Assembly (NCBI RefSeq): GCF_006345805.1
Contig: NC_042997.1
Span: 174,654,001 to 174,718,000 of the forward strand
Reading direction: 5' to 3'
From: Octopus sinensis
Lineage: Eukaryota
DNA: 64,000 bases
The position numbers and the translations under genes are program-made. The notes under the pieces are model-generated. The model searched no databases and had not been told where the DNA came from. It worked only from the letters and a program-made list of their open reading frames with translations. Numbering within the stretch: the stretch's first letter is position 1; every line of letters starts with the position of its first letter. Below, in pieces: positions 25,163 to 39,302 of this stretch.

Positions 25163-25203
25163 TGCATTACTGATGTAAATATTCTGAATGTCGTCGCCTT
25201 CAG

Positions 25204-25236
<33 letters not shown>

Positions 25237-25599
25237 TATTACTGCCGTCGTCGTTATCATCATCAACATCATCATCAACAACAACAAGATCATCATCATC
25301 TTGCTATCTTCCATGAGGATGCTATCATCACCATCCATCATAATTACGTTTCACTATCGTCGTCATGTTTATCATAGACAATACCATTATCAACCTAAAC
25401 GTAATCATCGTGATCAGCAGCAGTAACACTGTCATCATTCTCTTCGTCGTTGTCGTGATCTTGTCGTCATCGTCATCATCTTCATCATCATCATCATTAT
25501 CATCATCATCATCATCATTATCATTATCATTATCATTATCAACATCATTATCACCATCCCGCTCAACACCACCACTACCACCACCTCCATCATCATCAG

Positions 25600-25632
<33 letters not shown>

Positions 25633-25672
25633 TGTCATCATCATGATCATCATGATCATCATGATCATCATT

Positions 25673-25707
<35 letters not shown>

Positions 25708-25729
25708 TATCATTATCATCATCATCATT

Positions 25730-25763
<34 letters not shown>

Positions 25764-25830
25764 CCCTCACCACCACCACCAACACCACCACCACCATCAT
25801 CATTATCATCATCTTCATCACCATCTTCTG
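25060..25830. repeat. (CAT)n/(CAG)n/(CAC)n trinucleotide low-complexity region
   Basis: Direct reading; the poly-D, poly-M, poly-I and poly-S ORFs are frame artefacts. Confidence 0.93.
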
Positions 25831-25959
25831 CCTTTATTTTGGTCAGCACTATCGTTATGTTCACGGCAGTCGCAGATAACTTCCTCGGCATCATCACCAC
25901 CATTTTAATTTTTCAAAATCCTTTAATTACCATAGTTATCATTGTTACCAGCTCGAATT

Positions 25960-26490
25960 TGCTTTAAATGTGTACCAGTCATATACTGGGTGGAAAAAAT
26001 TGACGTTCTTGGGGAAGCTCTAGGTGTCAACGAGGATGAACTAGCTGATCTGTTTTGGGGTACTTTCGGGCCCTTTACCACTATGGATAATTTCCAGAAA
26101 TCCCTGGCCTGGCAGGACTATCAAGGAGTATTGCCAGTTCGAAATAAACTCTACAGGCACGGAAGCGTTGTCAAGCTGGACTGTCCGTCATGAGTGCAGA
26201 ACGATGAAGCCATTCTGCAGTCACGAAACCATTCTGACGAAACCATTCTGCACAGATAACTCTATTGATGACAACAATGGCGACAATGTACCTGCACTAT
26301 TCTCCGAATGTAAATTCGAATAACGAAACAGTATCTTTGGAAACTCCAATAAAGAATATTTTCCAGAAGCAATAAGGCTTGGAGCATTCTGTCGCAAATC
26401 AGGAGCCAGCTTAACACAGCTCATTATAAAAGGAGAGTAAATTATCTATCGCTTCACGAAGACACTGGAGCTTCCTCGACGGGCCGGCTT
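25960..26490 (+). pseudogene. Tx1/L1-clade LINE 3' fragment (zf-RVT region)
   Basis: ORF 25942..26193 ...LAWQDYQGVLPVRNKLYRHG...DCPS*..NDE...ETILH matches the W..H..LP...L...CP.C...ET..H zinc-binding pattern downstream of L1/Tx1 RT. Confidence 0.72.
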
Positions 26491-26616
26491 TTCAAAAATT
26501 CATTCGGAAGACATCTTTATAATGTATTGTTTGTTTGTTATTTGTCTGGTTGTCTCAATGTCGTCGCCTTCTGCATCAGCTTCAGCGTTATCACCATTAT
26601 TACCGCCGTCGTTGTT

Positions 26617-26664
<48 letters not shown>

Positions 26665-26929
26665 GTCGTTATCGTCATCATCATCCTCATCATCATTATC
26701 ATCAACATCATCATCAACATCATCACCATCTTGCTATCTTTGAATATCCTCGTGAAAAACTTCCTCACCAACTCGAACGAACATAAAAACATTATTGGAC
26801 TGATTTGAAACATTACTTTTCCATTGTTGGATATTTTTTTATTTGATTGCTGTACGAATATAATGACATTAATTATTGCTATACTTGTGTTTGTTTTGAA
26901 ATAAACACCGAGGGAATTTTTAAAAAAAC

Positions 26930-27540
26930 ATGTGGATTTAGCGATCAATCATGGCGACTGGTTGGAAAAATGTAGTTGGACAGGAGAGCTAGGAAGAAGG
27001 GGAGATAATAAAGAACTGGTGATTCCAAAACGAAGGTGCACGTGCGTGTGTATGTGAGAATGTGTAAGGCTGTGCGTGTAGATAGAGGTTAGTGACTTTA
27101 ACGTGTGGATGTGTGCGTGTGTTAGTGTGTGCGTCTGTAATGTGTAGGTGTATGGATGATGATGTGTGGGTGTGCGGGTTATGGTGTGTGGGTGTACAGA
27201 TGATGGTGTGTGATATGGGTGCTGGGAAGTAGTCAGTGCTATAGCTTTATGAAGGATTCACTCAATAATGTTGACTGATTTGCGCTAGTAGATCGCCTGA
27301 TGAAGGAAAATAACGAAATGTTAGTGCTAAGTTCGTTCAGAGTTGCCTCTCTTAGGCACATCTCATTGACAAGAGCCAAGATGCTTGAAACATCGATGTC
27401 TGGGATTCCTTGTAGATGGTGACACTGAATAAACCGGTTGTTTTCCCGCCTTTTTACCATAAGCGAGGTATATTCTCCACGATAACTGCAGTGTATTTGC
27501 CTTGGACAGTTCAAATATGTCACAAATATATTTCAACTAA
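26930..27540 (-). pseudogene. Heavily decayed Penelope-like element 3' region (possible GIY-YIG remnant)
   Basis: ORF 27239..27523 IHCSYRGEY...RRENNRFIQ.H loosely follows the PLE I.C..C...YIG.T.R.L..RF.EH pattern. It is followed by a CA-rich 3' region. Confidence 0.4.
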
Positions 27541-27586
27541 TTTAAATTCTTCTTATGCCTAAACACTCCTTAACGCTATTATTTCG

Positions 27587-27626
<40 letters not shown>

Positions 27627-27667
27627 GCACACACTCACACAAACACACACATATGCAGAAAGAGAGA

Positions 27668-27848
<181 letters not shown>

Positions 27849-28181
27849 GGATGGATGGATAGATAGATAGAAACATTGGGATTTTTTTCAAGCTTTGATT
27901 CTCGCGTTGGAAAACGTTCTGTAGTTATTTTTTAAATTCTTTTTAAATAGTAAAATACACAGACACACATGCACACATACACACATAAGGCCTAAAATAG
28001 TTTTAACGAGACGATTTAATGTAGAAACATAGAAATCAATAAATTTATTTCAGACATTGGATTATTATTGGGATACATCACAACTATTGGTTTCATCTCC
28101 ATAAAATCAGTTGTTCAAGTAAGTTTTAAACAAACTTATCTCAACGATGAAATCATTAAGATAGAATAGAATAATTAACTG

Positions 28182-28485
28182 TGGACGCACATGGCCTAGT
28201 GGTTAGAGCAGCAGACTCGCGGTCGAGGGATCGCGGGTTCGAATCTCAGACCGGGCGATGTGTGTGTTAATGAGCGAAATACCTACGCCCCACGCGGCTC
28301 CGGCAGAAGGTAATGACGAACCTCTGCTGACTCTTACGCCACAACTGTCTCTCACTCTTTCCTTCTGCATCTTGCAGCTCACCTGCGACGGGCCGGCGGT
28401 CCGTCCAGGTGGGGAACCTATACGCCAAGGAAACCCGGAAACCAGCCCTTATGAGCCAAGTATGACCTGAGAAGGAACAAACAAA
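28182..28485 (+). mobile_element. tRNA(Arg)-like-headed SINE, family D
   Basis: TGGCCTAGTGGTTAGAGC (A box), anticodon-like GACTCGCGGTC, GGGTTCGAATCTC (B box); GC-rich body; AACAAACAAA tail. There is no acceptor stem, so it is not a tRNA gene. Confidence 0.8.
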
Positions 28486-28599
28486 GAATAATTAACTGCA
28501 GAAACATTTTAGGGTGAAACAACAAGCTATATCGTGACATGTGTATGGGGTGAGGTGCGTGCGAATAAGAAAGAAAGAAGGAAAGAAAGAGTGGGGTAT

Positions 28600-28938
28600 A
28601 AATCTTTTCTACTCTAGGCACAAGGTCCGAAATTTTGGGGGAGTGGGGCCAGTCGACCCCAGTACGCAACAGTAATTTATCGACCCCGAAAGGATGAAAG
28701 GCAAAGTCGATCTCGGCAGAATTTGAACTCAAATCGTAATGACAGACGAAATACCTATTTCTTTACTACCCACAAGGACAGACAAACGGATTAAGTCGAT
28801 TATATCGACCCCAGTGCGTAACTGGTACTTAATTTATCGACCCCGAAAGGATGAAAGACAAAGTCGGCCTCGGCGGAATTTGAACTCAGAACGTAACGGC
28901 AGACGAAATAAAACTGGCGTATTTCGCCCGGCGTGCCA
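28600..28938 (-). mobile_element. SINE-B dimer
   Basis: Two units joined at GACGAAATAC|CTATTTC (about 28754). Confidence 0.85.
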
Positions 28939-29478
28939 GCGGGGTATAAATGTCGGAGCAAAACTGAATAGCTGGTGACACGTTTTCGTCACTCTTGCAG
29001 TCAAGACGGATCAGAAGCAATGGTTTGGCTCATTGGAAACCTGTAAGCAACGATGCAATTTCCCATAAATTGTGATATATGAAAATAAACCCAAAAAAAC
29101 CTAGGGAGTTAAATAAGGAATTAATATTGATTACCATCTTCCGACTTTCACTGACACCTTCACTCCATGGCTGGTACCTTCTTCCATATCGTCGTCGTCG
29201 TCATCGTTGTCATAACCCTCCTCTTCCACTCCCCTCCACGTCCTCCTCTTTCTCCTCCTCATCATCTAAATGATCATTCTATCTTTCTCTATAAATTGTT
29301 TCTTACTTCAGTTTAACACACACACGCACACACACGCACACACACGTACATAGATATATGTATATATGTGCATCAATGTATATATATATTTGTATGTATG
29401 TATGTATGTATATATATATGTATGTATGTATTTATATATGCATGTATATATATTTATATGTATATATATATTTGCATC

Positions 29479-29517
<39 letters not shown>

Positions 29518-29524
29518 GTATGTA

Positions 29525-29617
<93 letters not shown>

Positions 29618-30081
29618 TTCCTTCCCTGAACGTCTGCTAATACTTTACATGTACTACGTACACGCGTTGTTTTTTGTGTTGGTCCTTCGTTTTCTTTTTG
29701 GATTTACTATTATATATATATATATTTTTATATATTTTCATGCATGTATATATGCATATATATGTGTATGTGTGTGTGTGTGTATGTATGTATTCACATA
29801 ACCACTATTATTTTCTGTAGGGCTAGATTTTTCGAAGATAAATCTATTTCTAATTTACAAACTTCCAGTACTTGTATGATGGTTCTTCTCTTGATCACCC
29901 ATTCTCACACATACAAATAAATACACACATACACATACACACACGCATATATATATATATATATATATACGTGCAAACAACACGCACATTCAAACACACA
30001 CACACATGCATAAGGATATACACATGCTTATGTCTGTACGTATGTGCATATTCACATACATACATATAAATATATATACAC

Positions 30082-30138
<57 letters not shown>

Positions 30139-30692
30139 ATATATATATATATAGATAGATAGGGAGAGAAAGATATATATATATAGATATAGATATAGAT
30201 ATAAATATATACATACGTACACATAAGGTACTCTTTCTATCATTTAGGATTATTCTTGCTGTTGTTTCAGTAATATTTTTTGATATTTTCTTTTGTTGTT
30301 ATGTTGTTGCTGTTTAGTTTTAACATTTTTTATGTTTAATTCTTTTGTGAGCCTTATCTGCCTTCGTTATCTGTCACATCTTAATTTTTGTTTTATCTTG
30401 TTTCTTTGTTTTTTTTTTTTTTTTTTGTTTTCGTCTTCGTTTCGTTTTCGTTTGTTTTTGTTTTTTGTTGTTGTTTTTTTTTTGCTTTGTTTTTTTTTTT
30501 TTTTTACCTCTTATTCTTTTTTGCCATTGTCAAGAAGTTGTGACTAATCTTGATAAATTCAAAGAAACAAAAAACAAAATCGCATGCAACATAAAAGTAA
30601 CGGTGTAATGATGATGACGATGATAATGATGATGAGGGTAGGAGGAGGATAACTATAGTGGTGGTGGTTGTGGCGGCGGCGGCGGTGTTCGG

Positions 30693-30724
<32 letters not shown>

Positions 30725-31254
30725 TGATGATGATGATGATGACGACAATGACAACGATAACAACCACGATGACGATGATGACGATGACAACCACGATGAT
30801 GACGACGACGACGACGACACCGACGATTATGCCAAGTAGTAGGAAGTAGAGAAGCGAAGGGTGTAAAAGAAACAGGAGAAGGAAATAGTTATAATGTAAA
30901 TCCGATGCTGAAGAGGAGAGGAATGTCTTACCCCAACTAACTTAACCGCCAAATTTTGCTAAGACGTGATCAGGGCCGTCATTTCACCTTTGGTGCGCGG
31001 CCTTGCTCTGAACATGCGCTTGTAGGTCATGGTCTGAATTTTGAAAGACAGCATTTATGCCGGCGTCCCTTGATGGACCCCTTAGTGGTCGTCTCCACAT
31101 TGGAACTTCTTTCACTTCTTTGTATGTTTATATAGTCTCTACATAGAATGAAATAAATGCCACTAAAATAGCAATTGGATCAAATCTGCTGTATCCCTTT
31201 CAACAGAACGCATGGGCCTCGCACCAAACTAACGCATCGTTTATATAAATGTAT

Positions 31255-31420
31255 GTTGTGTCGACGCCCCCAGACGATGAAGTAGGCTAGCCTAGTACAT
31301 AGATATAGAGGGAGAAGTCTAGACGTCGAGAGTTGAGTAGGGGTCATCCGAAGTTGCGATATAACCGTGGCGACGAGGATTTCGTAGCACACAGACACTG
31401 TGTAGTATTGCGATATAACA
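31255..31420 (+). mobile_element. Possible LTR-retrotransposon relic with a tRNA-Ser primer-binding site
   Basis: TGGCGACGAGGAT (31368-31380) is complementary to the 3' end of metazoan tRNA-Ser(GCT), ...ATCCTCGTCGCCA. It is bracketed by the direct repeat TTGCGATATAAC. Confidence 0.4.
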
Positions 31421-31499
31421 ATGTACAAAAGCAGAATTTGTGTATTTGCATATAACACAATATGATACATTATGATATAATATAAAATAATATAATATA

Positions 31500-31623
31500 A
31501 TAAGGGTAAAGGGGTAAAGAACTAGATCCCTTTGTTCTAGAATGATCATGGGATTGCACTTAGAATGTTCCCCTCCTAGACAGAAGTCCGGGAATCGAAC
31601 TCACAATCTTACGACGGTAAGCC
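31500..31623 (-). mobile_element. Internally deleted SINE C (head fused to tail)
   Basis: ATGATCATGGGATTGCAC...AAGTCCGGG joins directly to AATCGAACTCAC. About 190 bp seen in 2535-2870 are missing, and the join is at a CGGG microhomology. Confidence 0.65.
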
Positions 31624-31779
31624 ATATATATATATATCATCTTGTTGAATAGGCCGTTAGAGACGAATCTCGAAGTCCCAGCTGAATAAACATCTATACA
31701 TCTATCTTCTCTGTTCACTCTTCCTGGAAGGATCCTCTGACATTTCCTTCAAAAGATCATATTGGAAGCAACTGTCATT

Positions 31780-32110
31780 TGACTTTCTGGATGGATTTTC
31801 AAGCGTGACCAGCTGAGACTATAGATATTATTTAAACTTTTCATTCTCAATCTACCTCTAAGTTTCTAGCTTCTTGGTTTGAGTTGAAGAATTTCGTGCG
31901 ATACTTTTCTGTGACATCGAATCACATGTCTGAAGTAGCTGAGCAGTGACGTCTAAATGCAGAGAGCAGCTTCCTGATCTTCGTGTTACCTTATATACGA
32001 GTACCTTATATACGCGATCGTACTATCGTACTCTTTCAGTCAACACCCTACATCCATGACCATTGGGGTGGATAGGCTTGAAGACCTATTCGAAGATAGA
32101 GAGTTTGGCG
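31780..32110 (-). pseudogene. RTE-clade LINE 3' fragment
   Basis: Minus peptides AKLSIFE.VFKPI...GHGCRVLTERVR and later ..RGR match the RTE post-RT consensus KL.IY....P.L.YG.E.W..T. Confidence 0.65.
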
Positions 32111-32737
32111 TTTTTTATCAACTTCTTTTCTAGCAACAAATACTACCAATAGATTTTAATCTACAAAATGCAGTATTGTCGTACATTCCGTGAAATTTTG
32201 TTGCTTTCTATAAATTGTTCCTGAATTGCAATTAAAACTTGTGTGTGCACGTGTGCGTGTCAGTGCGTGTGTTTGTGTGTATGTGTGAGTGTGTGTATAC
32301 AGAGAGATTGATGGATATATAGATAGATAGATATATAATGTTCACACATAATCTCTAATCATTATCTATATTTCTGCCCATCTAACTCTCTCTCACGCAC
32401 TTTATCTCTCTCACGCACTTTCTCTCTCTCACTCTCTCTCTCTCTCTCTATGTATGTATGTATTATGTATGTATGCATAAACACGCACACGCACGCATAG
32501 TCACACATATCTAGAAAATACAGTGAGAGAGAAAAGGACCTCTCAGGTCTGCTCTCAGGTGATTTTAAACAAATAATCATTTAAATAATTATATATACGT
32601 AAAGAATAGGAATTGACCTGCTCGCTAAGTGTTTAATGAGACATGAAATATCTGGATTCTAGAAAATCTTACAATTGAATGATACTATATAAGTGTGTGT
32701 GTGAGTATGTTTGTATGTATACATAGATGTATGTATG

Positions 32738-32768
<31 letters not shown>

Positions 32769-32959
32769 GTATGTATGTATGTATGTATGTATGCATGTAT
32801 GTATGTATGTATGTATGTATGTATATATGTATATATGTATATATGTAGCTATAATTTTATGTATATATATCCAAACTACAATCAGTCTTGCAATTTTAAT
32901 TTTGTTTCATATATGCTTCTCTCAATTTCGTGCAACATTTTTATCATATAAATTTGTCG

Positions 32960-33930
32960 CTGTTGTTATTTAACCCCGTTTGTTGATCAAAATCTTTTGA
33001 ACGCATTCCAGACATCACTAGTTCATGCTTCTCTTGGGCGTTAATTATCTAGAGATTTACAGTAATTTAATGTGTCCTTCCTCTTTCATGAAAGTTGGAT
33101 GTGATTTCTTATACATTTCCTTTCTTGCAGGTTGCTTAACCACAATGAATCCGCGAATCTTTAATCTTACCTGAAATTACAGGCGCCTTTAAGTCTTCGT
33201 TTACTGTTCACCTGTCGTTAAATATTACATTGGCACTTCCAGCATTAATGCAATACATGCCTAATATACAGAATTTAATGCAAATAACAAATCAGATTTT
33301 AATATAAATCTCTTACTTTTATAAAGGACAGTCGACGACACGTGACATACATGCTACATGTGCCTTATATGGATTCTACCGGGACAAAATACGAGACAAC
33401 GATAAATTCGCAAGAGAAGCAAAATAACGCCTTAAAACACGTGTATTTTGGTCAATAAACTGAAAACTTATGTTCATATTTACTTGAAACCTGGCCAATG
33501 AGGAAACCCCTATGCGGTCGATAGATGTGCTAGACATAGCAGCTAAATATCCTTCAAATCACACCCTTCAATAAATGACAATGGATAATGTGGCCCGAGA
33601 TATACTACGTATGAAAATAGGATGGCCGGTCAGTGTTTTGTTATCTTTGATTACAGGTGTTTGATCAAGACTGATCTGGAGCAACACCAATGATCAGGGC
33701 ACCGGATCAGCAATACCAACGAATAACAGCAACACCAATGATCCGGGTCCACAAAGAGATCGCGTAACCTACTAGAGATAACAGCCAATTTTACCGTACA
33801 TCACACCCTGGCGTCTTAAATAAAAAGAAAATGTGGTTACATTAAACAATATAAAACTTTCCAGGCAAAGGCAGGATAGTCCCGGTTAGAACGCTTTTCT
33901 TTTTCTTTTCGTAGGCAAAGTTAAATAACA
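32960..33930. repeat. Cluster of an old dispersed repeat (family E): one minus and two plus copies
   Basis: Shared motif CTAGA.ATAGCAGC.AA....C....CAAATCACACCCT at about 33530 and 33770, and reversed at about 33100. Also seen near 22960, 53450 and 59350. Confidence 0.6.
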
Positions 33931-34374
33931 ACAATAAAGATAACTTGAAATATAGGGACCGAATCACAGAATTTACAAAGATTAAAATTTTTCCACATAC
34001 ATGCATACAGTAACTCGCCTTTTAAAAGCCGTTGACAAAATGAAAACCGCCGAACTTCATGATTTTAATCCTCTTTGATCTAGAAAGCCCAGCTTGATAG
34101 AAACTATTATTGTAAATGTTCGAATTATGCTGCAATTTTGAAACCATGTTGTTTGCTCATAGTATATAGATGTCTCCATTTATTTGTATCTTAATAAAAT
34201 ATCAATTAGGAATAACGGCTGGCTTACATGTGGAGTGTGTGAATGTGTGTTTGTTTATGTGCGTGTATGTACATGCAAGCAAGTGTACGTGTGCACGTTT
34301 GATAATAAATAAAGTGCAGTAAACAAAGAGACAAGGAGACACAGACATGACAAAGAGACAACAGACAGACAGCC

Positions 34375-34470
<96 letters not shown>

Positions 34471-34574
34471 TGACAGAAATAACGGGCGCTTATATTTGTT
34501 GTCTATTCAGGGCCTGAATATGCTTTTAGGCTTCCGCAAGTATATATTTGCATGTATGTATGTATGTATGTATA

Positions 34575-34823
34575 TATAATATATATATATATATATAATA
34601 TATATATTATATATATATTATATATATATATATAAATACACAAACAGACACATACATACATACATGCATGCATACACAAAGGATTCCACTAACAGATATA
34701 CATTCATATACATATAGGTTTTGACAACCATTGATAAGAAAATCCTTGCCAAACTCTGAATGTGTGTGCTGTTATGTGCTTGTGGTGGTTGGCGTGTGCA
34801 TGCATACATGCCTCTGTGTGTGT

Positions 34824-34890
<67 letters not shown>

Positions 34891-35060
34891 GTCAAAGATA
34901 TACATATCAGAAATGTCATTTATCTTAGAGTGTATTAACGATTAGTCCCCGGAGTCCTTAAAGTGGCTTAAATGTTTCGGTGATTTTTCCGTCATTGCTG
35001 CAACAAATGTTGGGATTTAAGAAGGAAGATTAAAGGATGTAAACAAAAAAGAAAGAAACA

Positions 35061-35108
<48 letters not shown>

Positions 35109-35990
35109 AAAAAAAATAATAAGCGAATCAACTAAAGAAAAAAAAAAACAAACAAGAGCGAATCACCTTTCTTTGAAATTCCGGTTTGGTGGGTTCCAAC
35201 AACGGCCATTTTCTGTTGTTACTAGAATAGAAACAAAACTTGACAAACATAGATGACTATCGTAAAACTAAAAGAAAGAAAAAAGATGACTTCTTGCCTT
35301 GTGTATTTATGTATAGCCTGAAGTCGTACCTTAAACTAAGTCTGTTGTGTATGGTGCATGGTGTGCGTTTGTTGTGTCAGTGTGGTGGAACAAAGCAGAG
35401 ATTATTGGTTGGTCGCCTGAGAAATGAAGATCGATGCATCTTGACAAGACATCCTGCTTCTTGTTGTGTATATATATATATATCTATCTACTTACCTATC
35501 TATCTTTCTATATATCAATGTATCTTTTTATACCCATCTGTCTATCTATCCACAGAACATTCGTCATTAAGAGACCCGCTTTTTGCAAAGCTGGTCGGTC
35601 ACCTGAGCAAACGAACAACCTACTTTGTCAAATGATGGGTTTCCGTGAAACCTCTTGTGGATTGGTTGCAACAAGATCGACATTTAATTTAATATTACTA
35701 TTGTTCTTATTGTTATCATTGTTATTATTATCATTGGAACTATGAGGAAGCGACATTATCTTATCTTCTTATCGCGATCAGCTCAAATAGAGCGATCTAT
35801 AAGTATCGGACTCTGCTTACGATTAGACGAAAAACACTTATAATCTATTGTTCCAGGTGATTAACTTATCTATACTACCAGTGAACCGGCTTAAATATCT
35901 TCACAAAGTTCCTGTCTCTTAACTTTTACACATAACTCTGACAGACATTAAATAGAAACAATTAGGAATTTCGATTCATTTTCTTATATG

Positions 35991-36022
<32 letters not shown>

Positions 36023-36249
36023 ATATAATATATATATATTATATATATATATATATAAATACACAAACAGACACATACATACATACATGCATGCATACAC
36101 AAAGGATTCCACTAACAGATATACATTCATATACATATAGGTTTTGACAACCATTTGATAAGAAAATCCTTGCCAAACTCTGAATGTGTGTGCTGTTATG
36201 TGCTTGTGGTGGTTGGCGTGTGCATGCATACATGCCTCTGTGTGTGTGT

Positions 36250-36323
<74 letters not shown>

Positions 36324-37420
36324 AAAGATATACATATCAGAAATGTCATTTATCTTAGAGTGTATAACGATTAGTCCCCGGAGTCCTTAAAGTGGCTTAA
36401 ATGTTTCGGTGATTTTTCCGTCATTGCTGCAACAAATGTTGGGATTTAAGAAGGAAGATTAAAGGATGTAAACAAAAAAGAAAGAAACAAAGAAAGAAAG
36501 AATGAAAGAAAGGAAAGAAAGAAAGAAAAAAATAATAAGCGAATCAACTAAACGAAAGAAAAAAAAACAAACAAGAGCGAATCACCTTTCTTTGAAATTC
36601 CGGTTTGGTGGGTTCCAACAACGGCCATTTTCTGTTGTTACTAGAATAGAAACAAAACTTGACAAACATAGATGACTATCGTAAAACTAAAAGAAAGAAA
36701 AAAGATGACTTCTTGCCTTTGTGTATTTATGTATAGCCTGAAGTCGTACCTTAAACTAAGTCTTTGTGTATGGTGCATGGTGTGCGTTTGTTGTGTCAGT
36801 GTGTGGGGAACAAAGCAGAGATTATTGGTTGGTCGCCTGAGAAATGAAGATCGATGCATCTTGACAAGACATCCTGCTTCTTGTTGTGTATATATATATA
36901 TATCTATCTACTTACCTATCTATCTTTCTATATATCAATGTATCTTTTTATACCCATCTGTCTATCTATCCACAGAACATTCGTCATTAAGAGACCCGCT
37001 TTTTGCAAAGCTGGTCGGTCACCTGAGCAAACGAACAACCTACTTTGTCAAATGATGGGTTCCGTGAAACCTCTTGTGGATTGGTTGCAACAAGATCGAC
37101 ATTTAATTTAATATTACTATTGTTCTTATTGTTATCATTGTTATTATTATCATTGGAACTATGAGGAAGCGACATTATCTTATCTTCTTATCGCGATCAG
37201 CTCAAATAGAGCGATCTATAAGTATCGGTCTCTGCTTACGATTAGACGAAAAACACTTATAATCTATTGTTCCAGGTGATTAACTTATCTATACTACCAG
37301 TGAACCGGCTTAAATATCTTCACAAAGTTCCTGTCTCTTAACTTTTACACATAACTCTGACAGACATTAAATAGAAACAATTAGGAATTTCGATTCATTT
37401 TCTTATATGTATATATATAT
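34575..37420. repeat. Tandem duplication, two units of about 1.43 kb, joined in a (TA)n tract near 36010
   Basis: ORFs 35240..35635 and 36672..37055 share the same C-terminal half; the nucleotide sequences align throughout. Confidence 0.96.
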
Positions 37421-37564
37421 ATATATATATACATATATTTACAGACAGACAGACAGGTAGACAAACAAACATATACATATATATATTCATATTCATACAA
37501 ACGCACATACACACATACACACTCATACACACGCACATGTACATACATATACAGATTAAGAATT

Positions 37565-37599
<35 letters not shown>

Positions 37600-37819
37600 A
37601 TATATATACACATTAACCTGTATATAGATACATGTGTGTATGTATTTGTGTGGATGCATACATATGCACAAAGATATAGAATTTGCAGTATGTGTATGTG
37701 TGTGGAGAGAAAGAGAGAAGGAGAAGGAGGAGGAGGAGGAGGAGGAGGAGGAGGAGGGGAAGGAGAAGAAGAAGAAGAAGAAGAAGAAGAAGAAGAAGAA
37801 ATAGAAGAAGAAGAAGAAG

Positions 37820-37850
<31 letters not shown>

Positions 37851-38042
37851 ACAATAACAACAACAAATATGGATGGCTGAAAAAAGGAGGGGACAACAAG
37901 AATAGCCGAGTGAATGTAGATATAAAGTCCATAACTGATGATTTCAAATCCTCTGCAGATCTTTCGTATATTATACCTGGTCAATCCACTTCATTTTAGA
38001 AAGTTTATGTACTTCGTTAAGCAAATTTTCTATTAGTGTTAC

Positions 38043-38288
38043 ATTCATCATCAGATTGTCAAATGACTTTGAAGTCACTGTCAACCAATTCATTTCAAAT
38101 ACATACATACGAACGCGCACGCACACACACACACACACATAAGAGTAGTAAATTTCACAGAAAGACGACAAAGGAACATGGAAAAAATCACACACGAAAC
38201 ATAGGCATGCTCATTCCTGATCAGTTATCGGCAAAGAAAAAATACATCACAATTTCGTGTCATTATCGGTAACATAATGTACGTGTGT

Positions 38289-38322
<34 letters not shown>

Positions 38323-38482
38323 TGTGTATGTGTGTGTGTATGTGTGTGTGTGTATGTGTGTGTGGGCGCGTCTGTATGTGTGTGTGTTGTGTGTGTGTGT
38401 GTGTCTGCGTGCATATGTATGTATTTGCAATGAATTGGTTGACAGTGACAATTGGTTGACATTTGACAATCTCATGATGAAT
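38043..38482. repeat. Inverted repeat with arms of about 85-95 bp
   Basis: ATTCATCATCAGATTGTCAAATG...GTCACTGTCAACCAATTCATTTCAAATACATACATA (38043-38109) matches the reverse complement at 38413-38482. The pairing is extended by CA/TG tracts. Confidence 0.8.
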
Positions 38483-38669
38483 AATAAACCAAAATTTCGA
38501 AACCACTATCAATCCTTCCTTTGTGAAAATTGTTATGTACTCAACTAAAAATTAATGAGTTAATTAAAGTTAAACTGCTTTTGTATATTGCTTCACTTAA
38601 AACAGACATCTATACATCTAGCTATCTCTCACTGCCTGTGTGCGTGTGCGTGTGCATAAGTGTGTGTGT

Positions 38670-38708
<39 letters not shown>

Positions 38709-39302
38709 TGTGTGTATGTGTGTGTGTGTGTGTAACTGTTTGTCTGTCAAATCTGTGAATGGCCTAACCACTGTCAAAAATAAATAAGTGAACATATATA
38801 TAAGAAGAAGGACAGAAAGAAACAAGAAAGTAAACAAGAGATGTTTAAAGTTACTAAGTTCATTCATTGATAATCTATGAAGACAATGGCTTCATCCATA
38901 CATTTCAACAAGGGATGCAATCTCCTAGTGGGAGCCAGAAAACCACGACTGCTCCCGCAATACGCCACACCTTCTAAAACAACAGAACTGGTGATATTTC
39001 ATTAGCCTAGATGTGAGGAATATCCTTGTCACCACAGCAAGACTATTTGACTCATAGCAGGGGATGTCAATTATATGCTACACTGACTTACACTCGCTAG
39101 ACACCGATGCTAGTCTAACGTAAGCTTGTTTTAAAAGTGATAAAGATCTACACGCACATTTGAACGAAGAGATCTCCAAATTTCGCAGTACCAACTAATT
39201 TGGTGTGATTCCAGTTTATAAAACATCATTCCAGTTCTTAGTCCCGCATCGTGGTTGCTGTCCCAGAATGGCAGTATTTTACCATTTGCACCGGTTACTA
39301 CC

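Noticed and set aside
27292-27330. CTGATGA...GAAA...TA hammerhead
   Set aside because: Stems I and II do not pair; likely a chance match.
28182-28256. tRNA-Arg gene
   Set aside because: A and B boxes are present but there is no acceptor stem, and the sequence runs into a SINE body.
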